This document shows positions 8,622 to 16,631 of a stretch of DNA of 64,000 nucleotides, one piece after another. The notes under the pieces were generated by a model. It saw only the letters and a program-made list of their open reading frames with translations, ran no database searches and was not told the DNA's origin. Position 1 is the first letter of the stretch. Each line of letters begins with the position of its first letter. The stretch covers positions 1 through 64,000 of the IMG/VR virus record IMGVR_UViG_3300036929_000011; one strand, written 5' to 3'. Made by a program: the position numbers and the translations under genes. This DNA is from a virus. Lineage: Duplodnaviria; Caudoviricetes.

Positions 8622-9429
8622 ACGGAGAAATCGGCATCGGGTATTGTCCGTCCCTAGCCCCAAGAACTTCCTGCTCGATACGGGTGCAGTCCGCCGATAC
8701 CCGGTGGATGAGGGTACACCAACCGGCCCGCTGCATGAGCACGTGGTTGGCGTCGCCTTGGTGCCAGGCGGTGCCGATCGACAAGACGCGCCCGTCTGGT
8801 TCGAGACGGTTTAGCCAGGTACCCTCTAGCAGATCGAGGACCTTCTTCCGCTGGGCCGGATCGTGGCTATTTTTCTGGTCGACTACGTCGTCGAAGATCA
8901 TCCGGTCGGCGCGCCCTCCGATGCCGGTCGTGAAAACACCGCGCGCATGCAGCGATGGATCTACCGTGCTGTAGCCTGAGCGTTTGAGATACAGCTCATG
9001 GTCAGTCCATCGGTCGCCGCGTCTGACCTCTGGAAAGACCTGGCGGTAGGTTGCGCTCTCGATCGTCCGCTTGCAGGCCCCGACGCGCTTGGCGGCCGAT
9101 GGGTCGTCGTTCGTCACAATCTTGATTCTCGTCGAGATGTCGCGGCCCATGATCCAGGAACAGAGGGGAACCGCGAAGGAACTAGTTTTTCCATGGCCGA
9201 ATGGGGCAAGGATCAGCGCCCGTAACCCGCGCTCCCAGCAGTAGTTGACGTGCCGAATCCATGCCTGGTGAATTGGCGCCAGCTTGATTGCATTGCCCAT
9301 GTGGTCCCGGCAAACCATCTCGACGTAGTAGTCGAAGCGACTCTGGCCCATCCGCATGCGCTTGACCATCATGGCCGCGGTTCTGACCATCTCCTGCTGG
9401 CGGTGTAGGGCCTCGGCCGAGAGTTCCAT
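8620..9429 (-). CDS. terL: Terminase large subunit, ATPase domain only (269 aa)
   Basis: Walker A APFGHGKT, Walker B GRADRMIFDD, coupling motif IGTAWH. Stops before any nuclease domain. Confidence 0.75.
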   Translation of the reverse strand: MELSAEALHRQQEMVRTAAMMVKRMRMGQSRFDYYVEMVCRDHMGNAIKLAPIHQAWIRHVNYCWERGLRALILAPFGHGKTSSFAVPLCSWIMGRDISTRIKIVTNDDPSAAKRVGACKRTIESATYRQVFPEVRRGDRWTDHELYLKRSGYSTVDPSLHARGVFTTGIGGRADRMIFDDVVDQKNSHDPAQRKKVLDLLEGTWLNRLEPDGRVLSIGTAWHQGDANHVLMQRAGWCTLIHRVSADCTRIEQEVLGARDGQYPMPISP

Positions 9430-9761
9430 TAGAACCTGCGGCGATTCCAGAAAGCTTCCGTGTTGGCCCTAGAGAAAATGCTGTCGGGATCCGCTGCATC
9501 GAAGTCCTGCTCAATCTTGACCGGATGGTCATCTTCGCGCGCAAACGTGTCTGCGACTGCGGTGGCGGCCGGGTCCTCCTTCGCCAGCACCATCAGGTAT
9601 GCCGCGAGTTCTCGGCATACCTGTTCGCCTTGATTCCTGCTGCTGACCTGGACCGCTAATAATGCCTCTTGCTGCAAACCCCTTAGTCCGGCGCCCTCTT
9701 CGTCGGGCACTATTTCTTTGTCGTTGTCGTAGATCTTCACCCAGACCACAACGCGCGCCAT
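9429..9761 (-). CDS. Hypothetical protein
   Basis: GGAGG-type SD; coupled to terL. Confidence 0.65.
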   Translation of the reverse strand: MARVVVWVKIYDNDKEIVPDEEGAGLRGLQQEALLAVQVSSRNQGEQVCRELAAYLMVLAKEDPAATAVADTFAREDDHPVKIEQDFDAADPDSIFSRANTEAFWNRRRF

Positions 9762-9763
9762 GG

Positions 9764-9970
9764 CTACCCTCCCGCCTTCCGAAAACCATGCTCGGCCTGG
9801 AGCGCCGCCACGAGCCGGTCAAATTCTCCCTGGTACCGGGCGACCAGCTCGCCGATGGCTTGGAGCTCGAAGTCTAGGAACCGATCGTGCTTCTGGTTGT
9901 GTCGTGTCCAGACTATCTCGCGCTCAATGGGTGAATCCAACAAATACCCACCTCCCGATTCTTGTGCCAT
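9764..9970 (-). CDS. Hypothetical protein, paralog of 9924-10307 C-terminus
   Basis: AGGAG SD before MAQESGG; shares ELxAIxELVxRxxxEFDxLxAA. Confidence 0.5.
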   Translation of the reverse strand: MAQESGGGYLLDSPIEREIVWTRHNQKHDRFLDFELQAIGELVARYQGEFDRLVAALQAEHGFRKAGG

Positions 9971-10307
9971 CCGACTCCTGTAGAGTGACCTCACTTCTGA
10001 CCGCCGCCAGAAGAGAATCAAATTCTTGTCGGTGCCGCTCTACCAACTCTCTGATGGCTTCCATCTCGCTGATGATGCCGCCGGACCGGCCATTGCAGAA
10101 ACCGCGTAGAAGCTCGGCCTGAATCGTGTCTGTCCAGTGATGCTCAGCCCCAGAGTACTGGTAGCAGGCGCCGCACTTCATGCTCAGACTCATCTTTTGG
10201 AATTTTTCCCAATCCACCACCCTGACTCTACACGCCCGTCGGCCGCACAACGTCGCCCGCTCTTCCGTCCTCCATGGGATGGGCTGCCGAAGAAGGTGCG
10301 CGCGCAT
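9924..10307 (-). CDS. Hypothetical protein with Cys motifs
   Basis: TGATG coupling to the upstream gene; LCG..CGAC. Confidence 0.6.
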   Translation of the reverse strand: MRAHLLRQPIPWRTEERATLCGRRACRVRVVDWEKFQKMSLSMKCGACYQYSGAEHHWTDTIQAELLRGFCNGRSGGIISEMEAIRELVERHRQEFDSLLAAVRSEVTLQESDGTRIGRWVFVGFTH

Positions 10308-11074
10308 CAGTTCCCCCCCGCTGGCTCGATGCCGAAGGTGCGGTTCATCTTCCGCAGGAACCCCTCGGGAGTCATCCCGGGCGGCAAGGCGCCGTCATGC
10401 GTGCTCACGTAGTCGATGTCGGATTCCGACAGCTTCTCGCTCTCAGGGATATTCTCGATGCGCTCGGTGGGCCCGCCCAGCCAGAAGCTTTCCATCTTGC
10501 CGGCCATCGAAAGCGCCGTGCTGATGGCCCGCGCGACCGAGGCCATCTCGTAGGAATCCAGCGGGCGCTCGACCGTCTCCCTGAGCTGCTGGCCCTCCTT
10601 CCCAAGGCGGTAGACCGTCACCATGCGCGTCCAGGTCATGGTCTTGAGCTGCTCGTGCATTTTCACGACTAGCACCGTGCAGGCGGCACGCATCGCGTTC
10701 AGCACTTCCAGGTTCTTTTTCCGCACCTGACCGAACTCGTCGAGAATCTGCGCCGTGATGCCGGCGGTTACCCGCTCGCGCGCGTCCGTGCTGACCTGGT
10801 TCTCCAGCTGTAGCCGGGACCGAAAAGATGGCCAGCCGTTCACGGGCAGGCCGCTCTCGATGTACTTATGCACGGTGTCGACCGCGCAGCGGAACTTCTT
10901 CGAGAGCGCGGTCTGGTTGCGTTCGCCCGCCTTCCAGAGCGCGTACATGGATTCCCACTCTTGATGCGAGAACCTGCGGCCCTTGCAGCTCTTCCCGACG
11001 GGTGTATCAGGTAGGGGCGCATCCGTCAGTGACGCGGACGAATCTAGGTCTGGGCTCTGGTTTGGGTCTGACAT
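10307..11074 (-). CDS. Putative terminase small subunit (N-terminal HTH)
   Basis: HTH-like NQTALSKKFRCAVDTVHKY, helical core, upstream of terL. Confidence 0.5.
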   Translation of the reverse strand: MSDPNQSPDLDSSASLTDAPLPDTPVGKSCKGRRFSHQEWESMYALWKAGERNQTALSKKFRCAVDTVHKYIESGLPVNGWPSFRSRLQLENQVSTDARERVTAGITAQILDEFGQVRKKNLEVLNAMRAACTVLVVKMHEQLKTMTWTRMVTVYRLGKEGQQLRETVERPLDSYEMASVARAISTALSMAGKMESFWLGGPTERIENIPESEKLSESDIDYVSTHDGALPPGMTPEGFLRKMNRTFGIEPAGGN

Positions 11075-11204
11075 CTATCCCTCCGGTGGCGCTTGCCAAC
11101 GACTCGGGATGGGTTCCGGGTCGGTGGGGAGTCGGGAGCGGCTCGGTAACTACCGAATGGTACCCGATCGATGGCCGAACAGGCAAGATCGGGGGTCTGA
11201 ATCG

Positions 11205-11321
11205 CTACGTGGGAGGACCGAGGAAATAGGCTCGGCATCGGCACCATTTCTCAACGCAGCACCAATACAACGCCCAATGCACTGCCTTTGCGTGCCCGCA
11301 CCCTGGGCGCTCGCACCGCAT
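11205..11321 (-). CDS. 38-aa Cys/His-rich protein
   Basis: GGAGG SD; MRCERPGCGHAKAVH...CC...CRC. Confidence 0.5.
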   Translation of the reverse strand: MRCERPGCGHAKAVHWALYWCCVEKWCRCRAYFLGPPT

Positions 11322-11395
11322 GCTGTAGTCCTCCGTCCCGCGCAGGATGCGTTCCGCAGCCAAAGCGGCTTCCCTGGTGGCCCTACGGCGCCGTG

Positions 11396-11833
11396 CTATC
11401 CGGTCGCGGATGGCTTTGTGGTAGCAGAGTCCCATAGTTCTGCCGAAGTGTTCTGTTCGCGCTCTACCTTGGCCATGATGTCCCGCGCCTGTTCGAGCAG
11501 ACGCGGGGTTTTGTTTACCCTGGCGACGCCCCACATCACGGTCGTGTGATGGAGCCCACCCAGTGCCTTGCCCGCTGCCGGGTAGCTCGCCCCGACTTCC
11601 CGTAGGAGCCACATCGTGACCGCCCGAGCTTCCGCAAGCGGCTTCACCCGCCCGCCGTGTAGGAGCTGCTGCGGGGTGAGTCCGTAGTACTGGCACGCGG
11701 CTCGTACCCATGGGGATAGGGCGCGCGCCGGGGGCTTCCTGACCCTGGCGATGCCTGCGACGGCAGCGTCAAGGCCATGGGCCTGGAATAGGGCGCAGAA
11801 GGTCATGAGGGCCTGATTATGGGTGGGGTCCAT
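11396..11833 (-). CDS. DnaA C-terminal (domain IV)-like HTH protein
   Basis: AACQYYGLTPQQLL..GR...LAEARAVTMWLLRE...SYPAAGKALGGLHHTTVMWG matches the Bac_DnaA_C pattern. Confidence 0.75.
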   Translation of the reverse strand: MDPTHNQALMTFCALFQAHGLDAAVAGIARVRKPPARALSPWVRAACQYYGLTPQQLLHGGRVKPLAEARAVTMWLLREVGASYPAAGKALGGLHHTTVMWGVARVNKTPRLLEQARDIMAKVEREQNTSAELWDSATTKPSATG

Positions 11834-11843
11834 CGGCTACGCC

Positions 11844-12605
11844 TCAGAATGCCAGAGGCTCGCCTGTGTCTGGGTCGATGGGGGGTTCGGATTCGGTGGA
11901 GGCGGCGTCCTTCTTTGCCTTCCCTCGCTTCTGCTTCGCCAGCATCCTCTCGACCTCGGGATGGCCTTTGCCGCCTCCCTCTTCCGCGTCATCGGCGTCT
12001 TTCTTGTTCTGGGCGTGGGTTGCGGCCACGTCGCCAAGGGTAGCCGTCAGGGGCTCGTGCTTGGCCGAAACCTTGCCGCTGCCGTCGCACCCTTCGCACT
12101 TCACGTCAAGGGGTGGATTGCCCATCTTGGTCTTGCCCGTGCCACCGCACTCCTCGCACTTTTCCTCCTCTGGCTGGCCCTTGCCTCCGTCCATCGCCAG
12201 CAGCTTTCCGGCCGGCTTCTGGGCCTCCAGGGGGAGCTGGTATTCAGACGGCATCATGGTCCGCTTGCTGAACGTTTCCTTGGTGTCGAGCCTCGTGACC
12301 CGCACCTCGCCGTTGCGGTAGTCCGTGACCTCCTCGCACTTCACCTCGCGCTCTTCCCCACCTGATTTCAGGATGCCGCGCAGCTTGCTCGTGATTCCTT
12401 CCAGGAGCTCGACGTCGGCCTTGATGGCGTCCACCGCAGCCTTCTTCTCGGATTCCTTTGCCTCGATCTTGCTGAGATTCGCTTCGAGGTCCTGGCCGGC
12501 CTTGGCTAGCTCCCGGTCGCTGAGCTTGCAGAGAAGCAGCCGGGGCACGGTCTTCTTCACGGCCTTCTGGTCCTTCGGGTCCTTGGGTTCTTTGGTCTTC
12601 TTCAC
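11844..12605 (-). CDS. Conserved phage protein with coiled coil and DnaJ-type Zn finger
   Basis: GGAGG SD; CEECGGTG..CEGCDGSG. Confidence 0.7.
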   Translation of the reverse strand: MKKTKEPKDPKDQKAVKKTVPRLLLCKLSDRELAKAGQDLEANLSKIEAKESEKKAAVDAIKADVELLEGITSKLRGILKSGGEEREVKCEEVTDYRNGEVRVTRLDTKETFSKRTMMPSEYQLPLEAQKPAGKLLAMDGGKGQPEEEKCEECGGTGKTKMGNPPLDVKCEGCDGSGKVSAKHEPLTATLGDVAATHAQNKKDADDAEEGGGKGHPEVERMLAKQKRGKAKKDAASTESEPPIDPDTGEPLAF

Positions 12606-12632
12606 GATGTCCTCCAGTCGTTTCTGCGGTCG

Positions 12633-12658
12633 TATTGTTGATCTTCGTCGGTCGTTTT
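12633..12658 (-). promoter_or_regulatory. Conserved bipartite motif copy 2
   Basis: AAAACG-ACCGACGAA-GATCAACAATA, upstream of GGAGG SD. Confidence 0.75.
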
Positions 12659-12663
12659 TCGGA

Positions 12664-13170
12664 CTATTTCCACCGCCAGGTTGAGAAGCCGCCTTTCACC
12701 CCTGACCATTCCAGGAGCACGATGTCCTTCGGGTATGGCGCGGACTCTCCCTGGAACGTGAGGCGCGGCGATATGGCGATGACGTGCGCTCTGGCGTGCA
12801 CATGCAGGGCGTACCAGTTGGACCCGACTGCCGCCGGAACGAGCATGAAGATGCGCCCTCTGCGGACTGTCCGCGCGCACTTGCTCACCCACGGTTCGAT
12901 GTCCGCAAAGGGTGGATTGAGAAACATGTCGCAGAAGTCTTGGCCAGGGAGCTGCGACCAGTCGACCGCCAGGGCGTTCTCGGCGATCTTGGACCCTGGC
13001 CCGAGGTGGTAGGTGACGGAAGCCATCTCAAGATTGACTCTGTTCTCGGCGGTCGCGGCCAAGTCATAACCCCACACGGCCACGTGAAATTCGCGCGCGA
13101 CGGCTCGCAGGAACTCCGGAGGCGTTCGGTAGTCCTGCCGGCTCTTGCCCGGCTTCTGAGTAGGTGGCAT
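12664..13170 (-). CDS. dam: Phage N6-adenine DNA methyltransferase (phage Dam family)
   Basis: QDYRTPPEF, DLAAT.EN, FLNPPF catalytic motif, RLTF; true start at 13170/13173. Confidence 0.8.
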   Translation of the reverse strand: MPPTQKPGKSRQDYRTPPEFLRAVAREFHVAVWGYDLAATAENRVNLEMASVTYHLGPGSKIAENALAVDWSQLPGQDFCDMFLNPPFADIEPWVSKCARTVRRGRIFMLVPAAVGSNWYALHVHARAHVIAISPRLTFQGESAPYPKDIVLLEWSGVKGGFSTWRWK

Positions 13171-13421
13171 CACCCAACCCTCCTGAGCGCGACCTTGACC
13201 CCCGCCTCGCGCAGCTCTCGTTCCCGCTCCTGCAAGGCTTCCCTGGCTTGGCCCTGCTCGGCTAGTAGCTTGTCCAGCTTGTGCTGGGCCTCCATCACGT
13301 CGACCTCGCAGTGATCGACCCAGGCTTGCGCGGCTGCCCGGGCGGCCTGCATTCGGGCTAGGTCGGTGGGGCTGAGGGGCCGTGGGCTTTCGTGAGGCTT
13401 GATGGCGGTTGCTTGGTCCAT
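13170..13421 (-). CDS. Small coiled-coil protein
   Basis: AGGAG SD; heptad pattern. Confidence 0.55.
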   Translation of the reverse strand: MDQATAIKPHESPRPLSPTDLARMQAARAAAQAWVDHCEVDVMEAQHKLDKLLAEQGQAREALQERERELREAGVKVALRRVG

Positions 13422-13423
13422 GG

Positions 13424-13681
13424 TCAGATCTTCTCCTGGGTAAGCGGCTGTAGCTTGCGCAACCAAACCTCGTAGGGGCCATCGTCCCCGAGCGACGGGA
13501 ACCGCCCTTCTCCGAACGCCTCGACGTCATCCCTGTCCAGATGCGGGCACTTTTCCTGCGCACACGGGATAGCGGCCACGTCTTCCAGCAGTTCGATGCT
13601 CGCGCAGATTCCCTTCCCGCAGGTCCCCCAACACCACGCCTTGACCTGCGGCATCTGGAAGATCGCGAATAGCTTCCTCAT
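13424..13681 (-). CDS. Cys-rich hypothetical protein
   Basis: Coupled ORF; CWGTCGKGIC..IPCAQEKC. Confidence 0.6.
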   Translation of the reverse strand: MRKLFAIFQMPQVKAWCWGTCGKGICASIELLEDVAAIPCAQEKCPHLDRDDVEAFGEGRFPSLGDDGPYEVWLRKLQPLTQEKI

Positions 13682-14466
13682 CAGCCGGCTCCCTTTTTCT
13701 CATCGGTGGCTAGCTCGACTGTCGTTCTCTCAGCAACCGCCATGGTGAACCACCATATCCACTCGTTGTGCCTCGCCAGCCATTCCGACAGCAGAGCGGT
13801 CCTACGAGCAAGCTTGGTCTGCGCCTCGTCGCGCGCTTGCTCCGCCTTCTCCGCGCGCTCCCGCAGCTCGTCGCGCTCGCGGCAGGCTTTGTCGTACGAC
13901 GCCTGCGTGACCTGCCCGGCCTGCGCTTCGGCTGGGGCCGGCTGCTCGGTAATTCCTTCCGGCGTCCCATCGCAGTTGAATCCCAGCCCCTCGCACGTGG
14001 TCAGGCACTCTCCTCCCTCGGCCTTGGTGCGCAGCTTTCCGCACTTCGCGCACGGGTATTTCGCTTCGGCCTTGGGCTCTGCCACCGCGGGCGCTGGCGT
14101 CCGCATCAGGTCGGGCTCTCCGATGTTGGCTAGGTGAGCGCGCACCTCGGCCAGCTCGTTGCGGGCGCCGTCGCGCTCGCTCTCCAGGTAGGCGATCCGC
14201 TCCGCATCGGCCTGGTGCAGTCGCTGGTAGTCGTCGATTCGCGCTTCCGCCTTCTCCACGCGCTCCCGCAGCTTCGCCGCTTCCTTCTCGGCGTCTTCGC
14301 AGTGAACTTGCGCGCGAGCTTCTGGCGACGGCTTACCTTTGGTCCACGGGTCGCAACCGCAGGCCGGGCACCTGACGCCGCCGCGATCGCTGTTCCACTT
14401 CGTAATCGCAAACCACGCCACGCAGTTCTGGCAGACAATCTCTCTCGTCTCGACTTGGATAATCAT
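13681..14466 (-). CDS. Zn-finger/coiled-coil accessory protein
   Basis: CQNC..CPACG and CAKCG..CLTTC motifs alternating with coiled coils. Confidence 0.65.
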   Translation of the reverse strand: MIIQVETREIVCQNCVAWFAITKWNSDRGGVRCPACGCDPWTKGKPSPEARAQVHCEDAEKEAAKLRERVEKAEARIDDYQRLHQADAERIAYLESERDGARNELAEVRAHLANIGEPDLMRTPAPAVAEPKAEAKYPCAKCGKLRTKAEGGECLTTCEGLGFNCDGTPEGITEQPAPAEAQAGQVTQASYDKACRERDELRERAEKAEQARDEAQTKLARRTALLSEWLARHNEWIWWFTMAVAERTTVELATDEKKGAG

Positions 14467-14565
14467 CTAGCCCCTCGCTCGTTGTAGTTTCGCAATCGTT
14501 CGCCGCGCCCATTCCGTCAGGCACAGCAGCGCGCCGACAACGAGGAGGGAGAGGGTGAGCTTCAT
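14467..14565 (-). CDS. 32-aa membrane peptide MKLTLSLLVVGALLCLTEWARRTIAKLQRARG
   Basis: Coupled on both sides (ATGA, TAG-ATG). Confidence 0.55.
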   Translation of the reverse strand: MKLTLSLLVVGALLCLTEWARRTIAKLQRARG

Positions 14566-14807
14566 CGTGAGCACCTTGCGCAGGTTCGGCCAAGAGTTGC
14601 CATCGCTACGACCTCTTCGTCAGCAATTCGCTCGCTCATCCGATTGCACTCATCCATGACTTCCATGAACGTAACGAACGTCTTCGTGGAGGCGTCGACA
14701 ATGCTACCGGTCGACAAGTCCATGACGACTGGACGGTACCGGCTCACCCACTTGTGCAGCCCCATCCAGCACAGTGCCCGGCCAATCAGGCGGCTAAGGC
14801 GGGTCAT
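14562..14807 (-). CDS. Hypothetical protein, 81 aa
   Basis: ATGA coupling; LCWMGLHKW..CARC. Confidence 0.6.
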   Translation of the reverse strand: MTRLSRLIGRALCWMGLHKWVSRYRPVVMDLSTGSIVDASTKTFVTFMEVMDECNRMSERIADEEVVAMATLGRTCARCSR

Positions 14808-15172
14808 GGCTCCCCCTCCCCGGTGTAGTGCGCTCGGACGCCGTAGGTGAATCCGTCGATCCACGCTCGGCGCTGATTCTTCGCGACGTGCGGCCCGCCG
14901 ATGATGACCGAGTCCAGCTGGTCGAGCTTCTTCTTTGCTAGGTCTTCCAATGGCGCCGTGATGCCATTCTCAACCACGAGGTGATCCTTGGTGCGAATGA
15001 CGAACAGGTTCGCCGTCCAATCGAAGCCCGCGGTGGCGCTGACCACGTTGCTCATGTACGCGGTTGGACACCCTCCGTTCCCGGTCTCGACGACGACGCG
15101 CAAATCATCGCACCGATTCGGGTGCCGATCGCAGTAGCCGATCAGGATGTCGCGCAACTCGACGGCGGTCAT
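14804..15172 (-). CDS. Hypothetical protein, 122 aa
   Basis: ATGA coupling. Confidence 0.6.
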   Translation of the reverse strand: MTAVELRDILIGYCDRHPNRCDDLRVVVETGNGGCPTAYMSNVVSATAGFDWTANLFVIRTKDHLVVENGITAPLEDLAKKKLDQLDSVIIGGPHVAKNQRRAWIDGFTYGVRAHYTGEGEP

Positions 15173-15408
15173 GGCTTCACCGGACCTTCCGGTAACTCTG
15201 CCCAGTGGGTTGGCTGGTGCTTGCGCTGCCAGGTGATGCCGATGTTGCAGCCGTCCTCTCTCTCCCAATAGGGACGATGGCGCCGCGACAACCTGTCATA
15301 GTTCCACTCTCCAACGGTACACTCACCGCTCAACACCATCGGACACCATAGTAGGATCCGCCTGTCCTTCGGTGCCGTAGCGATCGGTTTCCAGTCCACT
15401 TGCGTCAT
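15169..15408 (-). CDS. DUF551-like small phage protein
   Basis: WKPIATAPKD..ILLW...PTHWAELPE. Confidence 0.7.
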   Translation of the reverse strand: MTQVDWKPIATAPKDRRILLWCPMVLSGECTVGEWNYDRLSRRHRPYWEREDGCNIGITWQRKHQPTHWAELPEGPVKP

Positions 15409-16631
15409 GGTTTCACCGGCCTTGCTGTGCGCTCAGTTCCGTCCGCCCACGTCTCCAGCGCCATCAGTGGCTCGTCATCTTCGAACACGATGCCTGTCTC
15501 GCGAAGTGCGTGGTGCTCTCCTTCGTGGCCTTCGACCTGCTGGCATGTCAGGCCCTGCCTCGATACTGACTGGCATCGTGCGGGAAGCCTCACCGCCTGG
15601 GCTGCATGCTCGGACGCCAGCGGGCAGTTCCTCCCCGTCTTTGCTGGCTCGTCGTCGCGAATCTGCGGGCAGTCCTTGTGCCAGCAATCACCGTCGGGAG
15701 TGGCGTGGCATGCCTTAGCTGCGGCTGGCTCGACCCGCTCGGCTTCACCAAAGAAGATGTCCGCCGGGTCACTGTGGCAGGCTCGGCACAGGTACGCGTG
15801 TCGCTTCTCGTCGTACAAACATGGGCCGCCTCCCTGGCACAACTCGCAGACCCTGCGCCCGTTCCTGAATCCGTTACTCGTCGCCCGGCCCCCGTCCTGT
15901 GCCGGTGCGGGCTGGGCGGACTTCGCGGCTCCACCTCCTAGCAATGCGTTCCACTCTGCGCACAGGTCACCGCCGACAGTGCCGCACCCGTCGGAGCCCT
16001 TGGACGTCGCGTAGATTTCGCGCAGACGAAGCAGGGCAACCTCGCAAGCGCGCAGGCGGTTCAGTTCGTCGATGGTGGCGCACTGGGCGCGTTCGGCCGC
16101 CATGGCCGCGAGTTGCCGTAGACCAGCGTTCTGTTCCTCGACCCACGTCTTGCTGCCTGGCGGAAACGGAGTCTTCGTCCATTCATCGACCAGCGCATCC
16201 ACGTCGATGGGTGAGTTATCTCTCGGACGCTTCTCCACGCCAGCTGTAGTGTGTCCAAGGAAAACCCCGCTCCGAAATGCATGATCCCCGTCGTGACCCT
16301 CCAGCAGGACGCATCTCATGTCAGGATCCGTTGGGTTGGCCCAATAGTGGGGGCACTGGGATATTTCCGGCGGACGTTTCTCCCCGCAGGCCGGGCAGTA
16401 GTTGTCGAGTTCGTCGAGCGTTCGTCCGCAATGGGTCCAGCATTTCATGGTGGTCTCCTTCTCAGCTCGTTCCTGGGTCCTCGGTGTATCGGTCGCTGCA
16501 AATCCCGCCATGGTCGCGCAGTGGAAATCCGCGCCTTGGGCACGTGCCAAGTCGAAGGCGGCGTTATGCTTCGCCCAATCTTCGCAAGCCTTCTTGCGCA
16601 CCAGAAGCTCCTCAATCGGAGTGGCGTTCAT
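15405..16631 (-). CDS. Mosaic multi-Zn-finger accessory protein, 408 aa
   Basis: ATGA coupling at 16631; at least 5 Cys/His modules; internal SD+ATG at 16448. Confidence 0.6.
   Translation of the reverse strand: MNATPIEELLVRKKACEDWAKHNAAFDLARAQGADFHCATMAGFAATDTPRTQERAEKETTMKCWTHCGRTLDELDNYCPACGEKRPPEISQCPHYWANPTDPDMRCVLLEGHDGDHAFRSGVFLGHTTAGVEKRPRDNSPIDVDALVDEWTKTPFPPGSKTWVEEQNAGLRQLAAMAAERAQCATIDELNRLRACEVALLRLREIYATSKGSDGCGTVGGDLCAEWNALLGGGAAKSAQPAPAQDGGRATSNGFRNGRRVCELCQGGGPCLYDEKRHAYLCRACHSDPADIFFGEAERVEPAAAKACHATPDGDCWHKDCPQIRDDEPAKTGRNCPLASEHAAQAVRLPARCQSVSRQGLTCQQVEGHEGEHHALRETGIVFEDDEPLMALETWADGTERTARPVKP

Noticed and set aside
11075-11204. Three short hairpins upstream of the putative TerS
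   Set aside because: Stems of 5-7 bp are expected by chance at this GC; no further support for a pac site or ncRNA.
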